A DNA stretch of 64,000 nucleotides from NCBI GenBank assembly GCA_040437565.1, contig JBDOQK010000019.1:310001-374000 (forward strand), given 5' to 3'. The notes below the pieces were generated by a model. It worked only from the letters and a program-made list of their open reading frames with translations. It was not told the origin of the DNA and ran no database searches. Position numbers and translations under genes: made by a program. The stretch is from Albugo candida (Eukaryota). This document shows, one piece after another, positions 23,863 to 37,597 of the stretch (the stretch's first letter is position 1; every line of letters begins with the position of its first letter).

Positions 23863-24488
23863 TCAAAAAAGCGCAAGTTTCACTTCAATTGCTTCATGCA
23901 CTTTGAAGTGCTCGAAGGAGTGATCAGTGGCATCTGATAGTAAAAGTTAGGTCGATACATAATAATATGATGACGCAGTATGAGTACCGTTCAATATATC
24001 TTCCAAATCGACTTGCTCATCCATTCCTGTGATGGTGTCAATTCCAGCATTTGAGCTTGGTAGACCGGGTAATCTCTATGCGATAGCAACTCGATCAGTT
24101 TGACTGCAATGCGCTCGTGAGACTTTGCCAACCTTGAATTGTTCCAGTACAGCTTTCTCAGTGCGCAGGCGCATAGCAGCAGCTTTTCCATAGACTTGTT
24201 CTACTGTACACATCTTCAGCTCCCAGTTCATATCATGATTCTATGGTACATAACATAGAAATGGGTATCTACATCGCCTCATGCTACAAGAACTTCCGCA
24301 TACATGTGCTTGCAACTGCTGAACCGGGTGTACGGGCCGTACATCTGCAGCTGCTTTAGTAAATCCATGTCTTAAGGCATCCGGGGCAGCACGAAGTAGT
24401 GGAATTGACTTGGATTCCTATAATTCACGGTCATATTCTTAGCATGCTGCGGCAAAATTCCCTGTGCATGTGTGATGATCGATACCAT
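23863..24488 (-). CDS. UMP1: Proteasome maturation factor UMP1/POMP (5 exons)
   Basis: Exons 24488-24486, 24417-24304, 24240-24133, 24075-~23988 and ~23933-23863, all GT-AG, give M|ESKSIPLLRAAPDALRHGFTKAAADVRPVHPVQQLQAH|NHDMNWELKMCTVEQVYGKAAAMRLRTEKAVLEQFK|RLPGLPSSNAGIDTITGMDEQVDLEDILN|DATDHSFEHFKVHEAIEVKLALF*. UMP1 hallmarks: HP, YG...MRL..E, RLPGLPSS, G.DE....EDILN, H..E.KL. Confidence 0.92.
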
Positions 24489-24575
24489 TTTGCGAGGATA
24501 CTATAAGTACTGGTAGAGTCGCAATAAAGGACCCTCCAAAGTAGAATATGTATAATGGACAATATGCCGTGCTTC

Positions 24576-26821
24576 TTGTGCTCCTGTTGACGCTAGGGAG
24601 CTGTTACGATTGACAGAAACGCAATATGGTACTGATCTGGAGCATACATCAGCTGTGGGGATACTGTCACACACGAGAAAGCAAGGGAGAGTGTTTGATT
24701 TCAAAATTATATCATGGCATGTGGCAGAAACGAGGTGGTGTTGGAAAATGTTCAGTAAAAGCAATCTTTTGAGGTATTATGATTTATTAGACACGCTCAC
24801 AAGAAGTCTGTTATGAAGAAAACTGAAAATATATGCCGTGTCGATCTAAATCAATTAGGGGTTTCTGACGCGGTAAAATGACAAGATAGGAGATGTTTGC
24901 TCACACACTATGATGATACCTTATATGACAATTAATGTTTGGGATTGATCGAACTATTAAGAATCACTTCTTCGCTGTACTGGCAATGTGCTCGTAGCAC
25001 AGTCAAATTCACAACGTAATATTCTGCCTACCCTTTATACTTTGTTCTTTGTGGTACTCATGGCAATCAGAACCTTATCATTCAGACCAGGGCGCGGCAT
25101 AATGAGACAGCATTTCCTTTCATTTTTGCTTTGGTCTCGATTGACGCTCAAAAAAACTAAACTGTTTGTAGAGTATATTTTGATCAATGCCCAAAAGTTT
25201 TATGCGTAATCTACGAAAGCCACGACTGTAAACGAGCTTAGCAGCTCCTTCCACATGCTGGGTGATCTATACAAGTCTGAATAATCTTTATACGATAGCA
25301 TGATAGAGGAGCTTCTTTTCGTGGCTTTAAGCTGCAGCCATCATTATGGTCACCTGCATGCCCCAGAGAAAAAACATCGATATCCTTCGTTACACAATTG
25401 TATCGAGTCGGATCTTCAGACCTTCCTCAAATCCAATCAAACGAAAGCTCGAGTTCCCAATACATCGTAATAGATTGCTGTTGTTTATAATCGAATGTAC
25501 ATCCTTTATATCAGACCTAAATTCCTAAATTTTTCTCGAGTATTTGGCCCCACAATCAAAATGGAAATATAGCTGATAATAGAGTCGGAATTGCTGTTGT
25601 AGCACGGAAATGCTTGATAGTAAAATGCACCGCTCACATGCAGAATTTNNNNNNNNNNNNNNNNNNNNNNNNNNNNNNNNNNNNNNNNNNNNNNNNNNNN
25701 NNNNNNNNNNNNNNNNNNNNNNNNNNNNNNNNNNNNNNNNNNNNNNNNTTGTGCTCCTGTTGACGCTAGGGAGCTGTTACGATTGACAGAAACGCAATAT
25801 GGTACTGATCTGGAGCATACATCAGCTGTGGGGATACTGTCACACACGAGAAAGCAAGGGAGAGTGTTTGATTTCAAAATTATATCATGGCATGTGGCAG
25901 AAACGAGGTGGTGTTGGAAAATGTTCAGTAAAAGCAATCTTTTGAGGTATTATGATTTATTAGACACGCTCACAAGAAGTCTGTTATGAAGAAAACTGAA
26001 AATATATGCCGTGTCGATCTAAATCAATTAGGGGTTTCTGACGCGGTAAAATGACAAGATAGGAGATGTTTGCTCACACACTATGATGATACCTTATATG
26101 ACAATTAATGTTTGGGATTGATCGAACTATTAAGAATCACTTCTTCGCTGTACTGGCAATGTGCTCGTAGCACAGTCAAATTCACAACGTAATATTCTGC
26201 CTACCCTTTATACTTTGTTCTTTGTGGTACTCATGGCAATCAGAACCTTATCATTCAGACCAGGGCGCGGCATAATGAGACAGCATTTCCTTTCATTTTT
26301 GCTTTGGTCTCGATTGACGCTCAAAAAAACTAAACTGTTTGTAGAGTATATTTTGATCAATGCCCAAAAGTTTTATGCGTAATCTACGAAAGCCACGACT
26401 GTAAACGAGCTTAGCAGCTCCTTCCACATGCTGGGTGATCTATACAAGTCTGAATAATCTTTATACGATAGCATGATAGAGGAGCTTCTTTTCGTGGCTT
26501 TAAGCTGCAGCCATCATTATGGTCACCTGCATGCCCCAGAGAAAAAACATCGATATCCTTCGTTACACAATTGTATCGAGTCGGATCTTCAGACCTTCCT
26601 CAAATCCAATCAAACGAAAGCTCGAGTTCCCAATACATCGTAATAGATTGCTGTTGTTTATAATCGAATGTACATCCTTTATATCAGACCTAAATTCCTA
26701 AATTTTTCTCGAGTATTTGGCCCCACAATCAAAATGGAAATATAGCTGATAATAGAGTCGGAATTGCTGTTGTAGCACGGAAATGCTTGATAGTAAAATG
26801 CACCGCTCACATGCAGAATTT
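24576..26821. repeat. Gap-flanking duplication 24576-25648 / 25749-26821 (probable assembly overlap)
   Basis: Apparently identical ~1.07 kb on either side of the 100-N gap. Confidence 0.9.
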
Positions 26822-29800
26822 GAATGTAGCCGATATAGGACTGCAAACAGAGTCTTTGGAATAGCTTTTGGCCGCTCTTCCTTTTCTTGTGATGACGATC
26901 TTCTCTAACAATAAATAATTCCGCTGATGTCATCCTGTAAGCGAAGTCGTGTCCTTTGGTCAGTCCAACTTCCGACTTCTAGACCTATTTGGCTTGTGCC
27001 AAGCTACCCTCGGGAAAGGCTCATAGACCGATTGCTTCAACTCAGATCTCAGAGCGTTTACAATCTCTAATCTCGATGCTAATACGTCTGATGCTATTGA
27101 ATACGCCTTTTTCAGCTCAGTATACCTACCTGTACGTAAATGAAAACGATGCGAGGACGATGGACAGAATTTAGTTGTAAGGTCTAAGCAAATACAACGT
27201 ATCTTCGGCGCCGACACAAAGAATGGAGCAACCACGACAAATGACTGAAATTATTGCCGGCAGATTGTCTCTAAAACTTTTCGCATGTGACGAAGTCATT
27301 GTGAAAGACTTGTTTGGACTTGAATTGCACGCACATAGTTTATACATGCAGGTTTCTGTGCATATTCATATCATATCATTTCAACGCATTATTAGATTTT
27401 GCACAACTTTGGTAAAAGCCTAAATCAATTCAAATGATCTGAAACGCGATATACAAATGGAGAAACCAATCCGAAACAGAGCTTTGACTATCATCTACGA
27501 TCTTAAAAAGCATTACTACTACAGAAAGACATCTTCGCAACCCGGGTCTCAATTTGCCCAAAGAACATTTCTGTCTGTGTGTAAAAGCAAGCGGTGTGTT
27601 AAAAGTTGACCAAGAGGCTTTGCGAGCATTGTCAAGATTGCTAGATCACCATAATCTCTTCAATCTGACTTGTTCCGAGGTTAGGCCATTTGAAATGACA
27701 GCATGCTTGAGAAATATGACTTTGAGTGGAACTCCCGTAAAGAACGAGATATCTTTGACGGCAGCTCATAAGCAACAAGATCGATCTAATTCCTAGCGCT
27801 TGGACTCGTCAAAAGTCAACCTATCGTCAGGAATCTTTCTCATCGCAATTTGCAACGATATGTCTTCTACTTCATCAAATAATGATCGAGTCGCGCAGGA
27901 CGATGCAAGTATGGTATCGGTGTCACAGCGGGATCTAGCGAGAGGAGGCAATGTAGAAAAATGATGCCAACTGATGTGGGGTCTTTTTTAAGCAATCATC
28001 TTTACGTCAATTTTAGATTTGGTTGTCATGGACAAGTTATGTTTGTGATGAAGAGAAATAGGATCATTTCAATCGACTGCAAGTCCAAAAAAATGATTAT
28101 CCGGATGATGCCATCACATATGAACTGTGGCGCTCACTCAATCAGTTGCTTAAACTCATCAAATTTTGACGAAGAAGCGATTGAAATGATGAAATTTGTC
28201 TGCTAGGTATCATGCACTAAAAGTTTTTTTACTCGGCTTTGTCTGGATGACACAAAATCACGACAACTATATGGGACTGTGCTAAGACGATGGTTCCGAA
28301 TCGCAGAAAACAACAAAAGCCAAAGCTGGAAGTCATACAGCTACCATGGACTGCGATCGGTATTTATTATGTATTTGAGACGAAAAGAAAATTCAGAGCA
28401 GGTATGATAGCAAAGAGTTTCAGTCTGATTGATTTATTGAAGGAAGCGCGCATACTACTTGTAAAGATATGGCGAAATGTAGAATATTATGCGTCGTATT
28501 GAGTGTACGAATTATCTATCCGGGTCCCTCCTGAATGTCCAAGCGACAACTCCAAAGTCGCGTGTTGCCGTAAACTCCACCATCAGGCGCAAGAAGAAAA
28601 TGGTAACGACTGCGCAAGATATAGACTTTATTAGACAGCCATATCGCATCTGTTAGAGCCATCAGAGGGAATGTAAGTGACGCAGACAATGACATCAACA
28701 TAGGAGAAGGCGAAGAGGCTGACAGAGTCGAAGGTAGCGAATCATGGATAGAAAGGTGCTCATCGCAGCAACCCACAATCTAATTGAAATTGAGGGAGGA
28801 CGTGAAGGATAGAAACGTGAGATATTCCTGTGCATCCACGATCTTCCTAGATATCTGCCATACTATCGCTACGCAGGACGAAAGGGCAATCGCCATCAAT
28901 AATATACCAAACTCCTTACAGACTTGCGAGAGGTTTTTGCATGTGGGCAAATTGTTGTCTTCGACTCTAAGGCGTCTGGTACAGGTAATAGAAAGCGTGC
29001 AGTTCGCTACGCTGTTATAAAAAGAATATGTGTGATTATGCACCAGCTCTTCGACATGTTTGCTGTTGAATAAGAGGGATCTCTCAAACTGAGTTCCAAA
29101 TCGTACAATCCCATCTTTAAGTCTTGATGTCTAAGCTTGCAAGCACTTTTCGACTTCGGATGCCTTCGAGGATCAGCTTTGCGGAATAAAGGGCATGCTA
29201 CTCAGTAAAGCGGGACCTCCGACGCCAACTCCTCACAATGGTCACATGGAGTATCTTCGATACAGAATGCTCGTCCAGAAGAAGCATTAACAATCAACAG
29301 CTTTCCATCGTGAAAAGTGCATGTTATATAAGTACATCATTGGTGCTGGCCGCACGACTATCCAATATACTGAATCTCACTATGAACTGACCTTCACCAT
29401 ATTTTTCGGGCACTATGACAACGTATGCACGCATAAACATCATGTGTCTTGACCCAGTCCTATACTGATGGTATCAGTACGTTCTGTTATGGACATATAC
29501 CATGAAGGGTGACGAGTAATTCCGCCGAATATGCTGTCAATAGTAGCGCTGCCATCGAGTAGGCCGTTTGATATCCTGAATTGCCTTGCCGCTTAATACT
29601 ATCATTGCGAGGCAAAGCTATTTCTCATCGACTAAGCTACACACCTTGTAGTAGCATTATCGTTCGCAGCCTTAGTGACGGCCAGTCCAATCTAAAGAAA
29701 TCACTCCTTTTGCTCAAGTACCAGCAATTCAAAGGGAATCGCTTATCACGAGCGTGCTTCAAGAGAATTAGCATAATTGAAGCTAATTGTGGCCATCAAT

Positions 29801-30858
29801 ATCCTCGGAATCGCTTTTGCTTACACTTGTCCATTTGTGAATTTCAATGAGACACCACCGCGATGTTTCTTGACTTCAGTCTCTCAAACGTTTTGTGGAA
29901 TCTCGAAACTGCCTATAATGCACTATTCTTTTTTGCCAAACTATAGCGTTATATGAGATCCTTTTTTGTTCATGCACTGGTGAGAGACAAAAAAGAACAC
30001 TTCCAGGTATACACCAAAAAAGTACCAAGCGGATTTCATATTATCGTGCTTTGTCTTACTTGCTCGACGCCGTTGAGTCGCGCGTCCTGTATACCATCGC
30101 CCATCGAGAATTGTATTGTTGACCAGACCAACCGTTCGGCTTGAGAAATGATGCACTATTAGAACATTAAAGCATAGGAAGGCTCTAATCTAAAGATTCC
30201 ATTGTAGATCCATCGTCGTCAACATCTTCTATTATCGCGTGAGTAAATTTCGTCCGTGTGATGCTGTTCATCTCAGCGAGTCGGATGGTTTCGCATCTTT
30301 ATCGATGACCTACACGTATCCAAGCTGCTCGGTTAGATGACTTATCAGAATGGGACAGAATAGCCTCGTTGGGTGCAGCAAGGTCATCCACCATGCGCTT
30401 CGACTTCACTATTCCAACCAGACTGAGTGAGCATCCAAAGAATGTGTATCTGAGTATGTACGTATGGTATCGTTGGGACCAATCAGACTGAGTAAAGAAT
30501 CCATAGTATACACATCGACTGAGTGCAGGACATTGCACCATGAAACATTCTCATCAGTTGTGTTGGCAAAGTCTTTCTTTTAGCCTCGACAATGTGTATG
30601 CCTCTTAAGCATACTAGCAGCTGGAAAATACTCCGAACTGATAATTTTGTGGCGCCTTCCTTAGCGAGTTCAGTNNNNNNNNNNNNNNNNNNNNNNNNNN
30701 NNNNNNNNNNNNNNNNNNNNNNNNNNNNNNNNNNNNNNNNNNNNNNNNNNNNNNNNNNNNNNNNNNNNNNNNNNCCATGGACTTTATATGCTCCGCAAAT
30801 AATTACAGATGTGTCCCTTCCCGACAAATCTCAATCCATCGTCATTATTCAGCAGACC

Positions 30859-31464
30859 ATGTCCAAAGAAGGCTACCTTATTTATCACGAGAAAGCGCGT
30901 CAATATCAGATAGTCTTTTGTGTCTTGGAAGGAGGAAAACTACAGCTGTTTACGAGTCGTCAGAACCCAACGATCATCAAGGAAGTGAATCTATCGTGTA
31001 CTAGCGTCAGCACATTGTCAAATCCCGAATTGGACGAAAATTTGTGGCCTCATAGTTTCAAACTCCGAATCCAGCGATCAAAAGTATGCGCTGGACAAGT
31101 TGTAGGACTTTCATCGACGATAACTATGGTATTCGGCGCATCTTCCGCCGAGGAAAAAGAGGCATGGAAGTCATCGATTGCTGCATGGCGTCGCAAGTAT
31201 TGGGGGCACGCACAATCGAAAGAGGAGATTGCAAATAAAGAAGACGATTTCTTTGAGAGTCAATATCAAACGTTAAAGTGGACCATGCAAGTGGCTATAG
31301 CTGTGCGAAAAGAATCCTTATTCTTCCAGCTATTCCAGGGGGGACTTTCACTTCAAAACAAAGACAACAACAACAAAAACAAAGTTGGTCAATGGACCAA
31401 GCAATCTATCAAACCTCCAGCGATCCTACCGCAATCGCGAATCAGTATATGCAGCAATCCTTGA
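30859..31464 (+). CDS. PH-domain protein (~201 aa)
   Basis: MSKEGYLIY...FCVLEGGKLQLF...HSFKL...FGASSAEEKEAWKSSI is a canonical PH layout with the C-terminal Trp helix. Confidence 0.8.
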   Translation: MSKEGYLIYHEKARQYQIVFCVLEGGKLQLFTSRQNPTIIKEVNLSCTSVSTLSNPELDENLWPHSFKLRIQRSKVCAGQVVGLSSTITMVFGASSAEEKEAWKSSIAAWRRKYWGHAQSKEEIANKEDDFFESQYQTLKWTMQVAIAVRKESLFFQLFQGGLSLQNKDNNNKNKVGQWTKQSIKPPAILPQSRISICSNP

Positions 31465-31642
31465 TGGAATAGTATGAATAATGTATTGCATTGATGTCGA
31501 CATATATGTAAAAGTGAAGCAGGCTTCAAAGAATCCTTGCAGTCTTAAAATGCCTCGAATAATAAAGTACGAATCAATGTCAGTCAGTCAATCTTGCGTA
31601 CTCTGTCATTCATGTCATATTTCTGAACAATGCGTCGGGCGG

Positions 31643-33846
31643 AGACACAGCGCCGATACTATACGTTGTTACTCGAGAAAAACAGACAAATGATATGATT
31701 CTGCGATTGATTCAGGAAAAACTTTCATTTTGATTGTTGCGCTTTCGAATGCACGAATGAAGGAACTCAAGCCGAAGAAAATAAAAAAGCAAATATCGCG
31801 CTAAAAAGTATGCATGACAATTCACTTGTCTTCAACAAACGATTCTTCCTCTGTTTCGTCGTTAGATTCCGTTTCCAGGCTTCCTGAGACTGCTACCTCA
31901 CTCAAGTCGAAAAAGCTCAACGAACCGATGAAGGACGCAAATAAATCAGATGAACGAGGCTGCATTTGTTCGTCGTCAATTCCGCTTTCGAGAGTCTGTT
32001 CTTGCGGTTGTTCTGTTTTCCTCGAATGAAGGCGATTGCTCAACGAACGAAATTGATTCTTGACCGCAGAAACAATCTTCGACCAGAATTTCGCAGCGCG
32101 TGCGAACATCCTCAAGCGACAATCGCCTTCTTTCTCATACATATCGATCCCATTGATATCAGTCAAAATCTTTCATAGACTCTATACATCAATCGATGAT
32201 GTGAATGGAGGAAATAACCGGTAAGAATCAGAGTAAATGTCGATCACAGTGGCTGTAGATTCGTCGAATTGCTTACTATTTAGAAATACAGATTTAAACC
32301 AGTTTTTCTTTCATTTTTCTCAACGCAAATGATGCGATCAGAAACACGAAAACCAAAGCAATCTAGTGGCGATTCATTAATCATCAAAGCCTGAAACAAT
32401 GCGGATCACGTACTTCAAAGTACGCGACTTTAAATAGCGATTGAAATTGCTTTTGCGGAACACATGCTTGGTATCTTGTATAAAGCGAGTCCATATCGTG
32501 ACCACTTGGGCATAATAGCTCGTAGCGATGTCCTGTATCAGTACAATACACTTCTGACTGCGTGAGCGATTGTGTGAGTATGCCACTGATTCGATGTGAG
32601 CTTTCCTTCCGCTACCTGTTCTACAGGCTGACACGGCAAGCACTCTTCAACATACACACAGAAAAGACCGCTTTTTATGTCGTACACTCGATGAANNNNN
32701 NNNNNNNNNNNNNNNNNNNNNNNNNNNNNNNNNNNNNNNNNNNNNNNNNNNNNNNNNNNNNNNNNNNNNNNNNNNNNNNNNNNNNNNNNNNNNNNGACAC
32801 AGCGCCGATACTATACGTTGTTACTCGAGAAAAACAGACAAATGATATGATTCTGCGATTGATTCAGGAAAAACTTTCATTTTGATTGTTGCGCTTTCGA
32901 ATGCACGAATGAAGGAACTCAAGCCGAAGAAAATAAAAAAGCAAATATCGCGCTAAAAAGTATGCATGACAATTCACTTGTCTTCAACAAACGATTCTTC
33001 CTCTGTTTCGTCGTTAGATTCCGTTTCCAGGCTTCCTGAGACTGCTACCTCACTCAAGTCGAAAAAGCTCAACGAACCGATGAAGGACGCAAATAAATCA
33101 GATGAACGAGGCTGCATTTGTTCGTCGTCAATTCCGCTTTCGAGAGTCTGTTCTTGCGGTTGTTCTGTTTTCCTCGAATGAAGGCGATTGCTCAACGAAC
33201 GAAATTGATTCTTGACCGCAGAAACAATCTTCGACCAGAATTTCGCAGCGCGTGCGAACATCCTCAAGCGACAATCGCCTTCTTTCTCATACATATCGAT
33301 CCCATTGATATCAGTCAAAATCTTTCATAGACTCTATACATCAATCGATGATGTGAATGGAGGAAATAACCGGTAAGAATCAGAGTAAATGTCGATCACA
33401 GTGGCTGTAGATTCGTCGAATTGCTTACTATTTAGAAATACAGATTTAAACCAGTTTTTCTTTCATTTTTCTCAACGCAAATGATGCGATCAGAAACACG
33501 AAAACCAAAGCAATCTAGTGGCGATTCATTAATCATCAAAGCCTGAAACAATGCGGATCACGTACTTCAAAGTACGCGACTTTAAATAGCGATTGAAATT
33601 GCTTTTGCGGAACACATGCTTGGTATCTTGTATAAAGCGAGTCCATATCGTGACCACTTGGGCATAATAGCTCGTAGCGATGTCCTGTATCAGTACAATA
33701 CACTTCTGACTGCGTGAGCGATTGTGTGAGTATGCCACTGATTCGATGTGAGCTTTCCTTCCGCTACCTGTTCTACAGGCTGACACGGCAAGCACTCTTC
33801 AACATACACACAGAAAAGACCGCTTTTTATGTCGTACACTCGATGA
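31643..33846. repeat. Gap-flanking duplication 31643-32694 / 32795-33846 (probable assembly overlap)
   Basis: Identical ORFs on both sides of the 100-N gap. Confidence 0.9.
31822..32142 (-). CDS. Hypothetical acidic-tailed protein or last exon (repeated at 32974-33294)
   Basis: Open frame with an acidic C-terminus and no recognisable family. Confidence 0.3.
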   Translation of the reverse strand: MYEKEGDCRLRMFARAAKFWSKIVSAVKNQFRSLSNRLHSRKTEQPQEQTLESGIDDEQMQPRSSDLFASFIGSLSFFDLSEVAVSGSLETESNDETEEESFVEDK

Positions 33847-34220
33847 ATCGCGTGATCACGCGCTGGTCGCAAAGGATTCGCTTTGACCATCAGGCAGCCG
33901 TTGCCTGCTATGGATAGTGTTCACGCGCACGTAAGCGCACGTAATTTTAGGAAATACTCGACCTGCACAAGCCAACGCTAATGTACAGTGTATACTGATA
34001 ATGAGAAGGTCAAGTCATGATGTCTGATGATCAGGAGTGGAATCTGAGTGCGCGACTATTATTTCTTTCGGTAGAGGTGAAAAAATGCGAAGTGAGGCCC
34101 GTTTTAATAGATGTCGAGCCCTTCATGCTGTTTCATTTTGTGGTAGGTCACGGAGAGTAGCAAGGAACCAGAGTAATACTTTCAATTGCAATAATTCTTT
34201 CTTATGCACATGATATTCAC

Positions 34221-34518
34221 CTATGCTTCTGCCTTTACCTTGAAAGCCTTGGCCGTTTCAGAAATTGATTTGATGTCAACTGTTTTACAATCAATAAATA
34301 AGGTCTACAATCGATTAGTGAGCTTCCTGCTTACCTCGTGCTCCACGCTCTCCATCGGTCCATTTGAATCCCGCATATTCGATATGATTACGCGGCGCGA
34401 GTTTGCTTTTCAGAGGTTCTTTCAACGTTTCTCGCAAAATGCAAGCCGATTTATTGGTATACTGCATGTAGGACATGCCGGCAACACGCCAAAGAGAAGT
34501 TCCTTTTGCTGGGCTCAT
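34221..34518 (-). CDS. ATP15: Mitochondrial ATP synthase F1 epsilon subunit (2 exons)
   Basis: MSPAKGTSLWRVAGMSYMQYTNKSACILRETLKEP matches WR.AG.SY..Y....A...R..LKE. Intron gtaagc...aaacag, then VDIKSISETAKAFKVKAEA*. Confidence 0.88.
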
Positions 34519-34632
34519 TGTCAATGAAGTTGGATTTTATTGATTTCAAAGGAGAGCACGCCGTCAATTCATTATTGATTATACACAATTCAACTGACAA
34601 TTCATTTGAATTGTCACCGGAATCATTGGTTC

Positions 34633-36945
34633 ATGCAGTCGTCCTATTCTTCCGCATGGGTTTTCGCGGTCCCTATTGCTGCTCTTCTGCTCACAGCGGT
34701 GTCACTTCAGCTAACCGACACTTGGCATCCCAGTATTGAATTATTATGCAGCAAATTCGCTCAAAAAAGCCGACAAAAACCGACTAAAGCCAACAAAAAG
34801 AAGCTAAAAAAATCTACCATCTCTCGCAAGTCGCCACAAAAGCCGCATTCCGATGCTCCCAGAGCGATTCCCGTTCGCATTCTCTTTGGCACTCAAACAG
34901 GAACAGCTAAATGTATGTAAATCAATCGGAATTCCTTTTGTTTTGATACTATTGCGTGCATTTAGCGATGGCATTGGACCTAGAAAAGCGTTTGTTTGCA
35001 TGTAATGTGTCAGGATTCCATTTCCAACCCGAAGTCATAAACATGAACGAATATGACCAAGTAAGCAAGTAATTTCATGCTATTTCATGCTCATTTTTAA
35101 CAATAATTCGCTCCACAGGATCATTTAGAGCACGAATCAGTCGTGATTTTTATCCTATCAACGTGGACGGGAGGAATCGCACCCAAAGATGCAGAGACTT
35201 TTTGCTCGTGGCTGAAAGATATGGCGCTGGATTTTCGAGTGTCAAAGACATGGCTGTCGCATATCTTTCACGCAGTGTTTGGTCTAGGAAGCGCCGAGTA
35301 TGATGAGCATTACTGCACAGCAGCCAAGGAATTGAGCAAGCATTTAAAGCTGTTGGGGTCTTCCAGTTTGGTTGAGATCGGCTTTGGCGATGATAATATT
35401 GATCAAAATCAGCAATTTGAGCAGTGGAGTGACCAACTTATCGTGAAACTCTGCTCACAAAGCACAATGTCTCCTCCAGCAACCGAAGTACAAACGGTCA
35501 ATGAGGAAGAGAACGACGACGAAACAAAAGGATGGCTATCACAGAATCAACATCGTCGTCAGAAAAGAGCTGAAAAACAGCAAGATGCGCTCAGGTTGAA
35601 TCCTAAAGCGATGGAGTGGACGGAAGAAGATCTGATGAATGATCGACTTTTGACCGATGACACCCTTGAAATCAACCGAGATATCAGCACTACTAAACAA
35701 TCTTCTGAAGGAGAAAGTATCGTCGATGTGGAAGATATAGGAAACACGATGCGAGAATCACAAACCGCGAATGAGTCCCAAGAAATGGTGACGCCAATGC
35801 AACGAAAAGCTCTGACCAAAGAAGGGTATAAGATCATTGGGAGTCACAGTGCGGTCAAACTCTGTCGATGGACCAAACATCAACTACGAGGTCGTGGAGG
35901 GTGTTACAAACACACATTTTATGGTATCACGAGCTATCAATGCATGGAAACAACTCCAAGTCTCGCGTGTGCAAACAAATGCGTTTTTTGCTGGCGTCAT
36001 CACAAGAATCCTGTTGGTCGAGTATGGCGATGGAAAATCGATGAGCCAGAAGGTTTGATTGTAGGCTCGATCGAACGTCATCAAAACATGATCAAAGAGC
36101 TGAGAGGACTGCCAGGACTGAATCTAGAACGTTGGAAAGAAGCCTTCACCGTTCGTCATTGTGCGCTCTCGCTAGTCGGGGAGCCGATCATGTACCCGCA
36201 CATCAATACGTTCTGTCGAAAACTTCATCAGCGCCGTATTTCGTCGTTTCTCGTGACAAATGCTCAATTTCCCGAGAAAATCGCGGCTTTGGAACCGATC
36301 ACGCAATTGTATGTGAGCGTCGACGCTGCGACCAAAGATGCTTTGCAAGCTGTTGATCGACCGCTTTTCAAGGATTTCTGGGAAAGATTTCTCGCGTGTT
36401 TGAGAGAGCTGAGACGCAAAGGCCAACGCACAGTGTATCGTCTCACGCTCGTCAAGTCGTACAACATGCAAGATATCGAAAAGTACGCTGAGCTGATCGA
36501 AATTGGGCAGCCGGATTTCATCGAAGTCAAAGCAGTCACATATTGTGGCAAATCAGACGGATCCGATCTGACCATGAAGCACGTTCCGTGGCACGAGGAA
36601 GTCTGTGACTTTTGTACTGCGTTGGTCGAGAAAACAAACGGCGTATACGGTCTCGCTGCCCAACATGCACATTCGAATTGTGTCCTGCTCGCAAAGAAAA
36701 CATTCTGCATCGATGGACAGTGGCATACGTGGATTGATTATGAAAAGTTCCATGATCTGATGGATCGATACTACACGGACGGAACGATGTTCTCCTCGAG
36801 CGAGTACATCTCTCCGACGCCTTCATGGGCGACATTCGATGCACCTGAAAAAGGCTTTGATCCATGCGAGACGCGATTCTATCGAACGAAAAATGGGAAA
36901 ATTGCAGAAACATCGTATCAAAGCACCGAGTCAGGATGCGGCTAG
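34633..36945 (+). CDS. TYW1: S-adenosyl-L-methionine-dependent tRNA 4-demethylwyosine synthase (flavodoxin plus radical SAM)
   Basis: N-terminal hydrophobic segment; flavodoxin ILFGTQTGTAK and VFGLGS; HSAVKLCRWTK, CYKHTFYGI, CANKCVFCWR (CxxxCxxC), SLVGEP, VTNAQFP. Two introns upstream of ORF 35143. Confidence 0.96.
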
Positions 36946-36966
36946 CTCGAGATCTTACGTGAGCGC

Positions 36967-37370
36967 TTATTGACATTGGAGTAGTGAGTGGAAGAAAAAA
37001 CAGCTTTCGAGCACGCCATCTTCGCTGCAGTCTGTACAATGAATGCCATTGTCCAATTTCGAGCTTCCAAAACTTGCACGAAGTGAGTCTGGATACAGTG
37101 CTTGTGCGATTTCCACATCGAAAGGCCCACAGAATTCGCGAAAGCTGCTCACAATATCGCCATCACCACGGATCTCCAATGCTATGCAGATATTCGAGCT
37201 CATGTAGTTGATCATTTCCTAAGCAAAATACTTTCAGTATGCCTTTTCGAACGACGTCGCATTTACTTGATATTTGGGAACAACGAGTTTGTACGCTTGG
37301 AAGAATTCATCCGCTTGGCTGAGTGTCAAGTGAAAAGATCGCATCGCTGAAATCTCAAAAGACCGATTTT
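36967..37370 (-). CDS. NME7: 3' part of NME7, duplicate copy truncated by the gap
   Basis: Identical to 40046-40449. Confidence 0.6.
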
Positions 37371-37470
37371 NNNNNNNNNNNNNNNNNNNNNNNNNNNNNN
37401 NNNNNNNNNNNNNNNNNNNNNNNNNNNNNNNNNNNNNNNNNNNNNNNNNNNNNNNNNNNNNNNNNNNNNN

Positions 37471-37597
37471 GCGGCGCGAGTTTGCTTTTCAGAGGTTCTT
37501 TCAACGTTTCTCGCAAAATGCAAGCCGATTTATTGGTATACTGCATGTAGGACATGCCGGCAACACGCCAAAGAGAAGTTCCTTTTGCTGGGCTCAT
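37471..37597 (-). CDS. ATP15: 5' part of ATP synthase epsilon, duplicate copy truncated by the gap
   Basis: Identical to 34392-34518. Confidence 0.6.

Noticed and set aside
26900-30600. Numerous 60-90 aa ORFs
   Set aside because: No recognisable domains; consistent with chance ORFs or degraded sequence.
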